A stretch of 64,000 nt of DNA from the IMG/VR virus record IMGVR_UViG_3300013947_000024, positions 65,561-129,560 of that record; one strand, 5' to 3'. Shown here piece after piece: positions 29,034 through 38,908 of this stretch. The notes under the pieces are model-generated. The model was not told where the DNA came from. It worked only from the letters and a program-made list of their open reading frames with translations, and searched no databases. Both the position numbers and the translations under genes were made by a program. The stretch comes from a virus (Duplodnaviria > Caudoviricetes). Each line of letters starts with the position of its first letter. Within the stretch, counting starts at the first letter, position 1.

Positions 29034-30679
29034 TGGTTGTAATAGAAGAGAAGAAAGCAAAGAAAGTCCCTTGTCTTACATCTCTATTTGTTTCTGTTCC
29101 ATTTGCGGACAAACAATTATTCCGCATACTTATACATTTACATGGTTCGGTGTACGATAAGAAGAGCGGGACATTTGAATTTCCTCCGTCAAGTCTTCAA
29201 TTCCTTGTTAAACTATTCACGGCAAAAGATGATGTTAAGTTTATTCCGTTGAAAGAAGAAAGGAAGACAAAGGCGGTTGAAACTCTTAGCAATAAAACAA
29301 AATTCAAGAGAGACTTATTTAAGCACCAAAAGGAAGCTATTGAATATGGTCTGAACCACGCACAATGGCTTTTAAGAGACGATCAGGGGCTTGGAAAGAC
29401 AACGAGCGTTATTTGCCTTGCCGATGTATTAAAGCGCAAGAGAGGTATAAAACACTGCCTTATAGTGTGTGGTGTAAACGCTCTTAAATATACATGGAAA
29501 GACGAGATTGCAGAGTCTTCTGACCTTACTGCTTGTATTCTCGGTGAACGGATAACAAGGACGGGAAAGACGAAGATAGGAAGCGTTCCCGAAAGACTTG
29601 AGGCGTTACAGTCTTCTATTAGCGAATTCTTTGTCATAACGAATGTGGAGACACTTCAGAACAAGGATTTTGCTAAGGCTTTCAAGAAGAGTAAGACAAA
29701 GTTCGACATGATTGTTGTCGATGAGATTCACCGTCTTAAATCTTCAGGAAGTAATTCCGCAAAGACGCTTCTTCATCTCGACGCACCTTATAAGGTTGCT
29801 CTGACTGGTACAATGGTCGTAAACAGCCCATCAGACGCTTATGTGCCTCTTAAATGGATTGGTAGTATAAATAGCAACCTCTCCACGATGAACGGCGTGT
29901 ACGCGGTTTTCGGAGGCTTTGGGAATAAGCAGATTATAGGCACACAAAATCTTGACCTTCTCCGTTCCGTTATTCAGACTTGCTCTCTTCGTAGATTGAA
30001 GTCGGAAGTGCTTGACCTCCCTCCGAAGATTTATAAGAAAGAGTATGTAGAGCTTCTCCCAAAGCAGAAAGCATTATATGACGAAGTTAAAACAAAGGTT
30101 TTTGAATCTCTGGATAAGTTAGACCATAAGCCCAGCGTCATTGAAGAGATTTCGATGAATTTAAGGCTTAGACAGATTACAGCGTCCCCGTCAATGCTTT
30201 CGACAGAGGTAAAAGAGTCGGCGAAACTACAGCGTCTTGAAGAGCTTGTTGAAGATATTACGGAGCAGGGAGATAAAGTTGTGGTGTTCTGCTCTTTTAA
30301 GGGGACGGCTACGGAAATATGTGAAAGGCTACAAAAATATAACCCTGTTGTGTGTACTGGAGATATTCATGATTCTAAAGAAGTAGAAGTGCGGAAGAAT
30401 AAATTCATGACAGACCCGTCTTGTAAAGTATTTGTCGGGACATGGCAAAAGATGGGGACTGGGCACACACTGACTGTGGCTAACTATCTTATTTTTGTAG
30501 ATACGCCATTTACTGATAGTGATTTTCAGCAGTCGGCAGATAGAATATATAGAATCGGGCAGAAGAAAACATCTTTCATTATTACACTCATTACGAAAGA
30601 TACATATGATGAAAGAGTGCAAGAAATCATAGATACAAAAGCTATGGTGGCTAATTATCTGCAAGACGGGAAAGAATAA
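29033..30679 (+). CDS. SNF2-family helicase
   Basis: DQGLGKT, DEIH, LTGT, QSADRIYRIGQ motifs. Confidence 0.92.
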   Translation: MVVIEEKKAKKVPCLTSLFVSVPFADKQLFRILIHLHGSVYDKKSGTFEFPPSSLQFLVKLFTAKDDVKFIPLKEERKTKAVETLSNKTKFKRDLFKHQKEAIEYGLNHAQWLLRDDQGLGKTTSVICLADVLKRKRGIKHCLIVCGVNALKYTWKDEIAESSDLTACILGERITRTGKTKIGSVPERLEALQSSISEFFVITNVETLQNKDFAKAFKKSKTKFDMIVVDEIHRLKSSGSNSAKTLLHLDAPYKVALTGTMVVNSPSDAYVPLKWIGSINSNLSTMNGVYAVFGGFGNKQIIGTQNLDLLRSVIQTCSLRRLKSEVLDLPPKIYKKEYVELLPKQKALYDEVKTKVFESLDKLDHKPSVIEEISMNLRLRQITASPSMLSTEVKESAKLQRLEELVEDITEQGDKVVVFCSFKGTATEICERLQKYNPVVCTGDIHDSKEVEVRKNKFMTDPSCKVFVGTWQKMGTGHTLTVANYLIFVDTPFTDSDFQQSADRIYRIGQKKTSFIITLITKDTYDERVQEIIDTKAMVANYLQDGKE

Positions 30680-30683
30680 TCGA

Positions 30684-30764
30684 GAGAGCTATGGGAGAAA
30701 TCTTGTGGCTCTTTTCATTTTTTTCTCGAAAGTAGTTGACATCTTGTTTTTGATGTGCTATAAT
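30684..30764 (+). promoter_or_regulatory. Terminator + early SigA promoter cassette
   Basis: GAAA hairpin, then AAAGTAG-TTGACA-N17(TG)-TATAAT. Confidence 0.85.
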
Positions 30765-30791
30765 GACGACACCGAACGAAAGAGGGGTTGA

Positions 30792-31532
30792 ATGATGAGT
30801 ATTAAATTGTTTCGTGGAGATTGTCTCGATGTCATGAAGAGTATCCCAGATAAGTCTGTGGATATGATTCTGTGTGATTTGCCTTATGGTCTTACGCAGA
30901 GTAAATTGGATATAAGAATCCCTTTTGCTCCTCTGTGGCAACAATATGAGAGAATTGCAAAGGATAATTCGGCAATTGTTTTGTTCGCGCAAGGGCTGTT
31001 CTTTGTGGATCTTGTTCAAAGTAATCGGAAAATGTATCGGTATGATTTATGTTGGGATAAGGTTTTAACCTCTGGTTTTCTGAACGCTAAAAAAATGCCT
31101 CTTCGCCAGCACGAACAAGTTGCGGTATTCTATAAGAAACAACCGACATACAATCCTCAAATGCGTATTGGAAAGCCTCTCCATAGTAAAGGGAAGTCGT
31201 ATAAAGACAAAGAGATAATCAATAACAACTACGGAGAATTTAAGCTGACTGACGATGAACGAGCTGGCTCTACCGAGAAATATCCTACATCCATTTTGCG
31301 CTTCTCTAAACCACATCCAAGCAAAGCGATTCATCAGACCGAAAAACCCGTTGCTCTTTTAGAATATTTAATTAAAACATATTCTAATGAAGGCGATGTC
31401 ATTCTCGATAATTGTATGGGATCTGGTTCGACTGGAGTCGCATGTGTTAATACTGGACGAAATTTCATTGGTATCGAATTAGATGAAAAATATTATGGAG
31501 TTGCGGAAGATAGAATCGGGGTGCGATCGTGA
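30792..31532 (+). CDS. DNA methyltransferase (N6-adenine/N4-cytosine, beta class)
   Basis: GDCL, DLPYG, H.TEKP, LDNCMGSGST, IGIE motifs. Confidence 0.93.
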   Translation: MMSIKLFRGDCLDVMKSIPDKSVDMILCDLPYGLTQSKLDIRIPFAPLWQQYERIAKDNSAIVLFAQGLFFVDLVQSNRKMYRYDLCWDKVLTSGFLNAKKMPLRQHEQVAVFYKKQPTYNPQMRIGKPLHSKGKSYKDKEIINNNYGEFKLTDDERAGSTEKYPTSILRFSKPHPSKAIHQTEKPVALLEYLIKTYSNEGDVILDNCMGSGSTGVACVNTGRNFIGIELDEKYYGVAEDRIGVRS

Positions 31533-31533
31533 T

Positions 31534-31644
31534 CTGAAAATTTCAAGAGCATGGGCTATGCCGAACAGCAACACATTCAGTATTAAGCCAATTAAAGATT
31601 CGCTTGAAATATATATATCGCCATTTGATTGGAGAGAACGATGA
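31534..31644 (+). pseudogene. Remnant of a second phage DNA methylase family
   Basis: Translates to ISRAWAMPNSNTFSIKPIKD, which I recall as the N-terminus of a widespread phage methylase family; the frame then terminates. Confidence 0.5.
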
Positions 31645-32051
31645 GTCGTGAAATTCTGTTTAGAGGGAAAGCCGTCGGTACTAACAAATGGGTGTATGGG
31701 TATTACGTTCACCAATATGGAGCGCATGAAATTGTGTTGCCTGACGGACATGACGCCGATGGATTTGAAAGCCGTCATGTTGATCCAGAAACAATTTGTC
31801 GGTACACGGGATTGACAGACAAGAATGGCAACAAGATTTTTGAAGGCGATATTTTGCGTGTTCCATATCGCCCACACGATGATTGTATTGTTGAATGGTA
31901 TGACGGAAGTTTTCGTTTGCGTTGGGCAAACAAAGATAGGCGAGCAGAATACGGGAATGACTATAACGCGGTTTGTTGCGTGCAGGCGGTAGTAGGGAGA
32001 CGCACTATTGTCGGGAATATTTTTGATAATTGTGAGCTTGTAAAAGAGTAA
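31641..32051 (+). CDS. YopX family protein
   Basis: REILFRGK...WVYG, YTGLTDKNGNKIFEGDI, IVGNIFDN. Confidence 0.9.
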   Translation: MSREILFRGKAVGTNKWVYGYYVHQYGAHEIVLPDGHDADGFESRHVDPETICRYTGLTDKNGNKIFEGDILRVPYRPHDDCIVEWYDGSFRLRWANKDRRAEYGNDYNAVCCVQAVVGRRTIVGNIFDNCELVKE

Positions 32052-32188
32052 ACACGGAGGAAAATGAAAATGGTAAGTTGTAAAAGAATATATGGCAAAT
32101 ATCTTGTTAGCGTATGCGGAAGAGAATTCGAGTATGATACATGGCACGACGCATTTACTTTCCTTAAGTATGTGAGAGGGTATTTCTA

Positions 32189-32605
32189 ATGATACCCACC
32201 AAGAAGCAGATGTCATATTTTAAGTCCGCTGACGCTATGGCAGAACAATCTAATCATCCGAGAGCCAAACTTGGGTGTGTGGTTGTGAATAAGCACAGAA
32301 TCGTGTCGTCTGGGTGTAATTCTATCACAAAGTGTTCTCCTATTCAGAGAAATATGGATATAAAGAGATTTGGTGGAGAGCACAGAGGTGTTGTGCACGC
32401 AGAAACAGACTGTCTGTTGCCTCTTATCAAACAGGGATATGATTTAAGCGGAGCAGAGGTGTATGTGCACAGAAGGCATAAAAACGGCTCTCTGGCGTGT
32501 GCAAGACCTTGTAGCGGTTGTATGTCTCTACTGACTGCTTGTGGTGTTAAGAGAGTGTTCTACACGGTCGAGAACGGGTATGCAACAGAATCAATCAAAG
32601 AATGA
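32189..32605 (+). CDS. CMP/dCMP-type Zn deaminase
   Basis: HAE ... PCSGC catalytic motifs. Confidence 0.85.
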   Translation: MIPTKKQMSYFKSADAMAEQSNHPRAKLGCVVVNKHRIVSSGCNSITKCSPIQRNMDIKRFGGEHRGVVHAETDCLLPLIKQGYDLSGAEVYVHRRHKNGSLACARPCSGCMSLLTACGVKRVFYTVENGYATESIKE

Positions 32606-32643
32606 GACGATAGAAATTTCGTCTCGTTTTGAGGAATTTCTTA

Positions 32644-32679
32644 AAAGTAGTTGACTTTCGTCACGAGATATGGTAGAAT
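32644..32679 (+). promoter_or_regulatory. Early SigA promoter
   Basis: AAAGTAG-TTGACT-N17(TG)-TAGAAT, preceded by a hairpin at 32604-32625. Confidence 0.8.
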
Positions 32680-32711
32680 AGAGATACCAAACGAAAGAGG
32701 AGAATTAACCA

Positions 32712-32999
32712 ATGAAAAGAGAATTCAGAAACGCAGTTAAAGAAGTAATTAAAGCATTCAACGATCAGGAGTATAAGTGGACTGTTACATCAGATGGACT
32801 TAGATGGAGCTATCTTGACACAAAATTCACATTCGTCGAAGAAGATAATAAAGAATTTTTAAGTGTTCATGACAACCTTGACCGAGCCTTTATCACAATA
32901 ATGTACGGAGACGATAAGTATGCCGATTGCAAGACCCTTGAAGAAGCATACAAGGTAGCTACCGTTTGTACGATTCGTAAAGCAAAATATCTATACTGA
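32712..32999 (+). CDS. Hypothetical early protein
   Basis: RBS gaggag downstream of the promoter. Confidence 0.6.
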   Translation: MKREFRNAVKEVIKAFNDQEYKWTVTSDGLRWSYLDTKFTFVEEDNKEFLSVHDNLDRAFITIMYGDDKYADCKTLEEAYKVATVCTIRKAKYLY

Positions 33000-33007
33000 G
33001 GTGAATC

Positions 33008-33328
33008 ATGGAAGGCGTAACAATTCTTCAAGAAATTCATGAGACAAATTATGCTTTGGTATTTTGTATTATTTACGGAGTCACATCACTTTTGCTTTTA
33101 CTTATTGGATGCGTTTTTCGAGAAAGCGGTATGTTGGGATGCGTGTTGCCAGCCATTATACCATGTGCTATTGTGTCTGTGTTTTTGCTTATCTATAGTC
33201 TTGCTAATGGTACTGAAACAGTATCTTATCTTGTTGTCGTAGATGATTCGGTATCGCTTAACGAATTCAATAAAGTTTATGAAATCATTGGATATAAAGG
33301 AAGTATGTTGAAGGTTATTTTGAAATGA
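33008..33328 (+). CDS. Hypothetical membrane protein
   Basis: Two hydrophobic segments; RBS gaggtg. Confidence 0.55.
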   Translation: MEGVTILQEIHETNYALVFCIIYGVTSLLLLLIGCVFRESGMLGCVLPAIIPCAIVSVFLLIYSLANGTETVSYLVVVDDSVSLNEFNKVYEIIGYKGSMLKVILK

Positions 33329-33558
33329 TTTACTGTTTTATGTTTTTAGCGGCATTGTCAACTGCCATGATGTCATATGAAATGACTCTTACTACACAGT
33401 CATTTTGGTCAACGTTCTTCATTGTGGCAAGCATAGCTTGTTGGGCTTTGTCTGGATTTAGCATTGATCGCGAAAGCAGATATGCAAATAAACAGATCGA
33501 AGAACTTCAGAAAAGGATTGAAGAATTGGAGAAGCGCCATGATGACAAGAAAGATTGA
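33325..33558 (+). CDS. Hypothetical membrane protein
   Basis: Hydrophobic N-half and short coiled-coil. Confidence 0.5.
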   Translation: MIYCFMFLAALSTAMMSYEMTLTTQSFWSTFFIVASIACWALSGFSIDRESRYANKQIEELQKRIEELEKRHDDKKD

Positions 33559-33718
33559 AATCGTCCGTGACGAAAGAAGATTGTACAATCTTTACGACAA
33601 CGGGTGGTATGTTATGACTCGTAGTTGCGTAGATGATCTTCTGACTTACATCTCTGACATCTCTCCTTATTGGTGGATGGAATTTAAGTTTGTTGATCAT
33701 TCAATGGAGGTATGAATT

Positions 33719-34321
33719 ATGGGGTATAGACATTATCTGTACGCAATTCCTAAAAAACAGGTTATAGAAATTCAGGCTTGCAAAACTGCCACCGACCTAA
33801 CCGAATTTGCAAAACGATACGACTATCCATATGACAAAGATGATGGTTGGCTTTCTCTATACAAAATCGGAAAAAAACTTTATGAATTAGGAAAGTATTC
33901 GGAGATCGGTTTCAAACTTGAATCTGAAAGACCGTCCGTTTTTACATCGGAAGAATTAAAAAAAGAATATGTGGATTATGGATTTGCTCTTTTGACAAAA
34001 GATGATTTCAAGGCAGTTATTGAATTTTATCGACAAAAGATTATTGACTGGTTCAAAAGTCTGCTTGAAATTAAGGATAGTAGCAAATTTACCGTAGAAT
34101 TTACCAAAGAGCAATATCAATTTGAAATGTTAAAAAGAGAAGTACAGAACAAACTCGATTCTTGGAGCGGTAAATATTTTGGAATTTCTCCGATTGATTT
34201 AGATGAAAGTCGAGAACGCATCACTGGTGACTGGAGTTATGAATACGCAATTTTTGAATTGGTTCGTGTATATAAAGCATTTGATTGGGAAAACGAAGAC
34301 CTCGTTTTGATTGGGTGGTAA
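33719..34321 (+). CDS. Hypothetical protein
   Basis: 200-aa ORF with RBS ggagg. Confidence 0.6.
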   Translation: MGYRHYLYAIPKKQVIEIQACKTATDLTEFAKRYDYPYDKDDGWLSLYKIGKKLYELGKYSEIGFKLESERPSVFTSEELKKEYVDYGFALLTKDDFKAVIEFYRQKIIDWFKSLLEIKDSSKFTVEFTKEQYQFEMLKREVQNKLDSWSGKYFGISPIDLDESRERITGDWSYEYAIFELVRVYKAFDWENEDLVLIGW

Positions 34322-34324
34322 AAT

Positions 34325-34771
34325 ATGATTTATCGAGAAGAAGTTCGAGATCTTTTTTCCGTCCCGGAGGATTACTATCTCGCGCATTGTATTAGCGCTG
34401 ATTTTGGTATGGGAAAGGGAATTGTCGTAGAATTCAACAAACGCTTCAATATGAAACGCATTCTTCAATCAAAATATCCGGATTATGTCAACCAGTTTCA
34501 TCGACAGAAGAGACTATTCGGTTGTATTCTTGAAGACCGTGTTTTCAACCTGATTACGAAAGAACGGTATTTTGAGAAACCAACATATGAGACGATGCTT
34601 GGCGCGTTGAGCGAAATGAAGGTTTTGTGTTGGCTTGAAAAGATTCGCAAAATCGCAATGCCGATAATCGGATGCGGGCTGGATGGACTGGAATGGGATA
34701 AAGTTTCTAAAATCGTTAAATATGTTTTTCAAAAAGAAGATATCGAAATTTTGGTTTGCCGGAAAGAGTAA
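34325..34771 (+). CDS. Macrodomain ADP-ribose hydrolase (TARG1/DarG-like)
   Basis: DLF...LAHCISADFGMGKGI...F, FNLITK, IAMP.IGCGLDGL.W motifs. Confidence 0.9.
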   Translation: MIYREEVRDLFSVPEDYYLAHCISADFGMGKGIVVEFNKRFNMKRILQSKYPDYVNQFHRQKRLFGCILEDRVFNLITKERYFEKPTYETMLGALSEMKVLCWLEKIRKIAMPIIGCGLDGLEWDKVSKIVKYVFQKEDIEILVCRKE

Positions 34772-34997
34772 AAAAAAATAAATAAAAATTTTTCAAAAGA
34801 CTCTTTTGTCAAGAGTCTTTTTGTGATATAATAATAGCAGAGAGGATGGTGTTTATATTATGACAAAAGATGACTTTTGACTTTAGTCATGAGATGATAA
34901 AATCCTCAAAAATCAACATTTCTGTTTTGACGCGCGACTAAATCTAATAGAAAATATAAAAAGCATACTTTCTATAAAATCTTAAAGGAGGTTTCGT

Positions 34998-36140
34998 ATG
35001 ATTGTTTCTAAGTCATTCAAATTACGCTTATACCCAACGGAAGCACAACGCGCGATGATGAATAATAACATCGGCGCTTGTCGCTTCTTATATAACAATA
35101 TGCTACGCGAGCGTCTTGACGCATACGAAGCCCTTAAAGACGATAAACAAGCTCTTTGGGAATACAAATATAAGACAGAGAAACAGTACAAGGAGGAGTA
35201 CGAGTGGATGAAAGAGGTGGATAGTACATCTCTTCAGCAATCTCGTATTGACTTAACTCACGCGTATACAAATTTCTTTCGTTCTCTTCAAAATAAGAAG
35301 GGAGATAGTGGGTTCCCTAAATTCCATAAGAAGGGCGTTAAAGACTCTTATAGGGTTATGAATAATAATTACTCTATCAAGATGGATTTTGAAAATCGTA
35401 AAATTCGTATGCCTAAAATGGGATGGATTAAATTCAGAGACGATAGAGTTTTTGACCAGTCTCTTATCTCTTCTGTTACCATTTCTAAATCAAGCACGAA
35501 TAAGTATTATGCCTCTGTCTTGTGCCGTTTTGAAATCTCTGACATTGAAAAGATTAAGTATTCCGACGATTTAATCGTTAAAGGTCTTGATATGTCCATG
35601 GATAAGTTTTATATCGACAACGAAGGAAACTATCCAGAGTACTACAAGCAATACAGAATCAACCAAAAGAGACTTGCGTATTTACAGAAACAAGTAAGCA
35701 AAAAAGTCAAGGGTTCAGCCAACAGGAAGAAGGCACAACTTAGAGTCAACAAACTTTATGAGAAGATAGCCAATTCTCGTAAGGACTTTGTTGAAAAGCT
35801 GAGCAGAAAACTTGTTGACGAGAACGATATTATTGTGATAGAGTCGCTTAATATGAAAGCAATGTCACAATGCTTAAACCTTGGCAAATCTGTTAATGAC
35901 CTTGCGTGGGGAATGTTTGTTAATAGGCTCGAACAAAAGATAGCCTTAACAGAAAAGCTCTTAATCAAGGCGGACAGATTCTTTGCGTCTTCTCAAACAT
36001 GTCATATATGCGGATATAGGAATAAATCCTTGACGCTGAAAGACAGAGAGTGGGATTGCCCTGTATGCGGTAGCCACTTAATGAGAGATGAAAACGCAGG
36101 GGAAAATCTTAAACAATACGGAATTAACTTCTTGAAATAA
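34998..36140 (+). CDS. tnpB: RNA-guided endonuclease TnpB
   Basis: K.RLYPT HTH, GLDM / IESLN / RDENA RuvC residues, CHICG..CPVCG Zn finger. Confidence 0.95.
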   Translation: MIVSKSFKLRLYPTEAQRAMMNNNIGACRFLYNNMLRERLDAYEALKDDKQALWEYKYKTEKQYKEEYEWMKEVDSTSLQQSRIDLTHAYTNFFRSLQNKKGDSGFPKFHKKGVKDSYRVMNNNYSIKMDFENRKIRMPKMGWIKFRDDRVFDQSLISSVTISKSSTNKYYASVLCRFEISDIEKIKYSDDLIVKGLDMSMDKFYIDNEGNYPEYYKQYRINQKRLAYLQKQVSKKVKGSANRKKAQLRVNKLYEKIANSRKDFVEKLSRKLVDENDIIVIESLNMKAMSQCLNLGKSVNDLAWGMFVNRLEQKIALTEKLLIKADRFFASSQTCHICGYRNKSLTLKDREWDCPVCGSHLMRDENAGENLKQYGINFLK

Positions 36141-36152
36141 GAAGTGATTTTT

Positions 36153-36247
36153 ACAGGGTCGGGACGACCCGTAGAGCCTGTGGAGACGCCCGCACTGGCG
36201 GGGTCTATGAAGCAGGAATCTTACCACTTTAGTGGTGAGAAGTTCAA
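36153..36247 (+). ncRNA. TnpB omegaRNA 3' scaffold / IS right end
   Basis: gggtc-GGGAC-gaccc, gcctgtgg..gaagcaggaa, RE hairpin, agttcaa. Confidence 0.75.
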
Positions 36248-36502
36248 CCGACATCTATCGTTAGATTTCAAAAACCGCACCCGAGCAAAACGTTTCACCA
36301 AACAGAAAAACCGGTTGTTCTGTTGGAATATTTAATCAAAACATATTCAAATGAAGGCGATGTCGTTCTCGATAACTGTATGGGATCTGGTTCGACTGGA
36401 GTTGCGTGTATTGGTACTGGGCGCAATTTTATTGGTATCGAATTGGATGAAAAATACTATAAAATTGCAGAGAATAGAATCTACGAAGCATATAAGGAGT
36501 AA
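36248..36502 (+). pseudogene. C-terminal fragment of a DNA methyltransferase paralogous to 30792..31532
   Basis: Translates PTSIVRFQKPHPSKTFHQTEKP...LDNCMGSGSTGVAC...YKE*, starting exactly at the IS right end. Confidence 0.9.
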
Positions 36503-36506
36503 TAAA

Positions 36507-36992
36507 ATGATTATTATTGGATTTCCTGGAATTGGCAAAAGTAGCGTAACTCGTGCATACGACGGCGACACCAATACGACCGGCTATATCGACCTCGAAA
36601 GCAGCAATTTTGTCAAAGATGATAATTGGGTGAAAGAGTATTGCGATCTCGCTCTTGACCTCAATTTACAGGGTTATAATGTCTTTGTTTCGTCTCATAA
36701 AGCAGTTAGAGAATATCTGGCAGAACGACAGGGCGTTTTCTCGGACATTATGGAAGTGTTTCCGTCGAAAGAAATGCGCACCGAGTGGCTGAATAGACTC
36801 GAATCTCGTTACATAAAGTGCAAAACTGCTAAAAACGAAAGAGCTCTAAGTTATATGCGTAATAATTTTGATGATGCTATCGATGAAATGGAGCACGATG
36901 CAATTGTTCACAAAATTCGAATCACCGAAAAGAATATGAATGATTTGAGACAGGCAATGATAGACTATTGGAACAAGTGGTATACAAAGTGA
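36507..36992 (+). CDS. P-loop nucleotide kinase-like protein
   Basis: IIIGFPGIGKS Walker A; RBS aaggag before ATG 36507. Confidence 0.7.
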   Translation: MIIIGFPGIGKSSVTRAYDGDTNTTGYIDLESSNFVKDDNWVKEYCDLALDLNLQGYNVFVSSHKAVREYLAERQGVFSDIMEVFPSKEMRTEWLNRLESRYIKCKTAKNERALSYMRNNFDDAIDEMEHDAIVHKIRITEKNMNDLRQAMIDYWNKWYTK

Positions 36993-37020
36993 ATAAAAAC
37001 ATTATTTCATAATTAAATTT

Positions 37021-37060
37021 CCCAAAACCTCTTGACATTCAAGAGGTTTTGGGTTATACT
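37021..37060 (+). promoter_or_regulatory. SigA promoter embedded in a 15-bp inverted repeat
   Basis: cccaaaacctcTTGACAttcaagaggttttgggt-TATACT. Confidence 0.7.
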
Positions 37061-37107
37061 ATCGATAGAAACAAAATCCCGATTTTATTAACGAAGGAGA
37101 ATAAACA

Positions 37108-37593
37108 ATGAAAGAAATCAAGCTTACAATCGATGGCAAGGAAGTTCAGTTGACTGATAAACAGTTGAGGGTGCTGGGAATTGAAAGAAGAGAAAATCCT
37201 TTTGGCAGAACAAGCAATCTTTGTGGAGAATATTTCTATACAGATGCTTTTGGTTGTGTTGGTGTTGGGAGCGAGGAATATTCTGATGTATGGAGGCAGT
37301 TATGGAATGCCGCAAATTATTTCAACGATAAGGCATTTGCAAAGCGGGTCGCGCTTCGTCAGCTGCTTGATCGCAAACTTTTGAAGTATGCGTATGATAA
37401 TGGATATGAGGCAACAGAAGAGTCGAACCAGTATTATGTTAACTATTGTCCGAGCACAAAATCCTATACGGTTCAAATCGATTGTGGCTTTCGAGCTTTC
37501 TGTACTCATTTCTCTTCATATAAAGCTACTGAGCGTGCAATTGAAGAAATAGTTAAACCGTTTGTGAAAGAGCATCCTGAATTTGTATGGTGA
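37108..37593 (+). CDS. Hypothetical phage protein
   Basis: RBS aaggag; NPF.R, ANYF, RKL.K motifs. Confidence 0.6.
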   Translation: MKEIKLTIDGKEVQLTDKQLRVLGIERRENPFGRTSNLCGEYFYTDAFGCVGVGSEEYSDVWRQLWNAANYFNDKAFAKRVALRQLLDRKLLKYAYDNGYEATEESNQYYVNYCPSTKSYTVQIDCGFRAFCTHFSSYKATERAIEEIVKPFVKEHPEFVW

Positions 37594-37599
37594 GGAGGT

Positions 37600-38118
37600 T
37601 TGAAAATGAAATCCGATTACAAAGAATATGATCTTCATGATATGCGTATTTTTGCAGATGCAGATTTCGCCACCGATGTTTGCAGTATAGATTTAAGTGC
37701 GCTCTGTCAAATGCGCAATGACGCTTTGTTTTCTGTGCTACCAAAGGATAGAGCAGACGAACAAACTAATTTATTGCGTAGATTAAATGCGCAGGTTAGA
37801 ACTAAAAGATTGTATAACACAGAACTTTGTGACTATCGTTACGGATATAGAAAATATAGAGAGAAGATGGTTGTTCATAATGTGATATTTTCAAAATCTT
37901 ATATTCTAATATTAGCCTATGATCCCAGTAGAAATTGTGTCGCAACTTTATATGATAGGAACAGCCCAGTTGGTCTTTTATTTTTAGATAAACTTCAATG
38001 TTTTGCTTCAAATGAAGTTGATGATGACACTATAATAAATAACATAAAAGTTGAGTGGCTTAAGTTATCGAATGAAGAAATCTTGACAATTACAGCAATA
38101 GTTCTTCCATTGTTATAA
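37600..38118 (+). CDS. Hypothetical protein
   Basis: RBS gaggagg. Confidence 0.55.
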   Translation: MKMKSDYKEYDLHDMRIFADADFATDVCSIDLSALCQMRNDALFSVLPKDRADEQTNLLRRLNAQVRTKRLYNTELCDYRYGYRKYREKMVVHNVIFSKSYILILAYDPSRNCVATLYDRNSPVGLLFLDKLQCFASNEVDDDTIINNIKVEWLKLSNEEILTITAIVLPLL

Positions 38119-38153
38119 CAAAATATCGTAAAGAAACACAAAGATAAGAAGGA

Positions 38154-38447
38154 GTGAGTGAAATGTCAAAAAGAATCGTTGGTGTAACATACGAATACGG
38201 AATTGTAAAAGAATTGACAGTAGATCACATCGTCGATGTTATTACAGATCCAGAAGACACGGTACATTTCGTAAGATGTACTGGAGCTACTGAATTTCGG
38301 AGATGTGACTCGTGTGACTTTTTTGTAGGTTTCACAAAGCCAGCTGAAGACTTTGATGGTTTATGCAGCGCAAGCACGGGGCATCATGAAGTCGATTATG
38401 ACGAATGGTGCGCCAGATACAAGCCCAAAAAGGAGATTTTAAAATGA
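38154..38447 (+). CDS. Small Cys-rich hypothetical protein
   Basis: CxxC...C...C pattern. Confidence 0.5.
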   Translation: MSEMSKRIVGVTYEYGIVKELTVDHIVDVITDPEDTVHFVRCTGATEFRRCDSCDFFVGFTKPAEDFDGLCSASTGHHEVDYDEWCARYKPKKEILK

Positions 38448-38809
38448 GTTACGATATTTCTTTTAAAGTTAAGGTTGAAGGACTTCCGAGCCGTTATATT
38501 GAAGTCGGAGGCTGCTCTGCGAATACTACATGGAACCTCCGAGAAATGATTGTTGCGTCTACGGGTTTGGAATGGAAGAACGAAGAAAATAACGGCTTAT
38601 GCAAAGATATTATTCCCAAAATCGCAGAAGGCTATCAAGAACTTCTGAAGCACCCTGAAAAATATAAAAAATATGAGTCTAAAAATGGTTGGGGTACAGT
38701 AGAGGGTTGTCGACGATTCTTTTCTACTTTGCTATTAGAGTGGGAAGAATTTTGCGAAGCCTGCGCAACAAGTGATTTGAAAGATGTTACATATTTTTGG
38801 ATTGAGTGA
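38444..38809 (+). CDS. Conserved phage hypothetical protein
   Basis: MSYD start, N.T.N, NGWGT motifs. Confidence 0.6.
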   Translation: MSYDISFKVKVEGLPSRYIEVGGCSANTTWNLREMIVASTGLEWKNEENNGLCKDIIPKIAEGYQELLKHPEKYKKYESKNGWGTVEGCRRFFSTLLLEWEEFCEACATSDLKDVTYFWIE

Positions 38810-38908
38810 GGATAAATGATGGCGAGATACATAGACGCAGACAATTTAAAAATACGGAGCAGAAATCCCAATCCCTTTAGGGTTTGGGATGAATACGACA
38901 AATAAAGT

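Larger units (their letters stand above)
34857..36247 (+). mobile_element. IS200/IS605-family element, tnpB only (IS1341-like)
   Basis: LE hairpin cttttgac-ttta-gtcatgag after TTTAT; tnpB; RE ending agttcaa. The left boundary is inferred. Confidence 0.8.

Noticed and set aside
36351-36506. N-terminal extension of the kinase ORF
   Set aside because: It is an off-frame reading of the MTase pseudogene; the real start is 36507.
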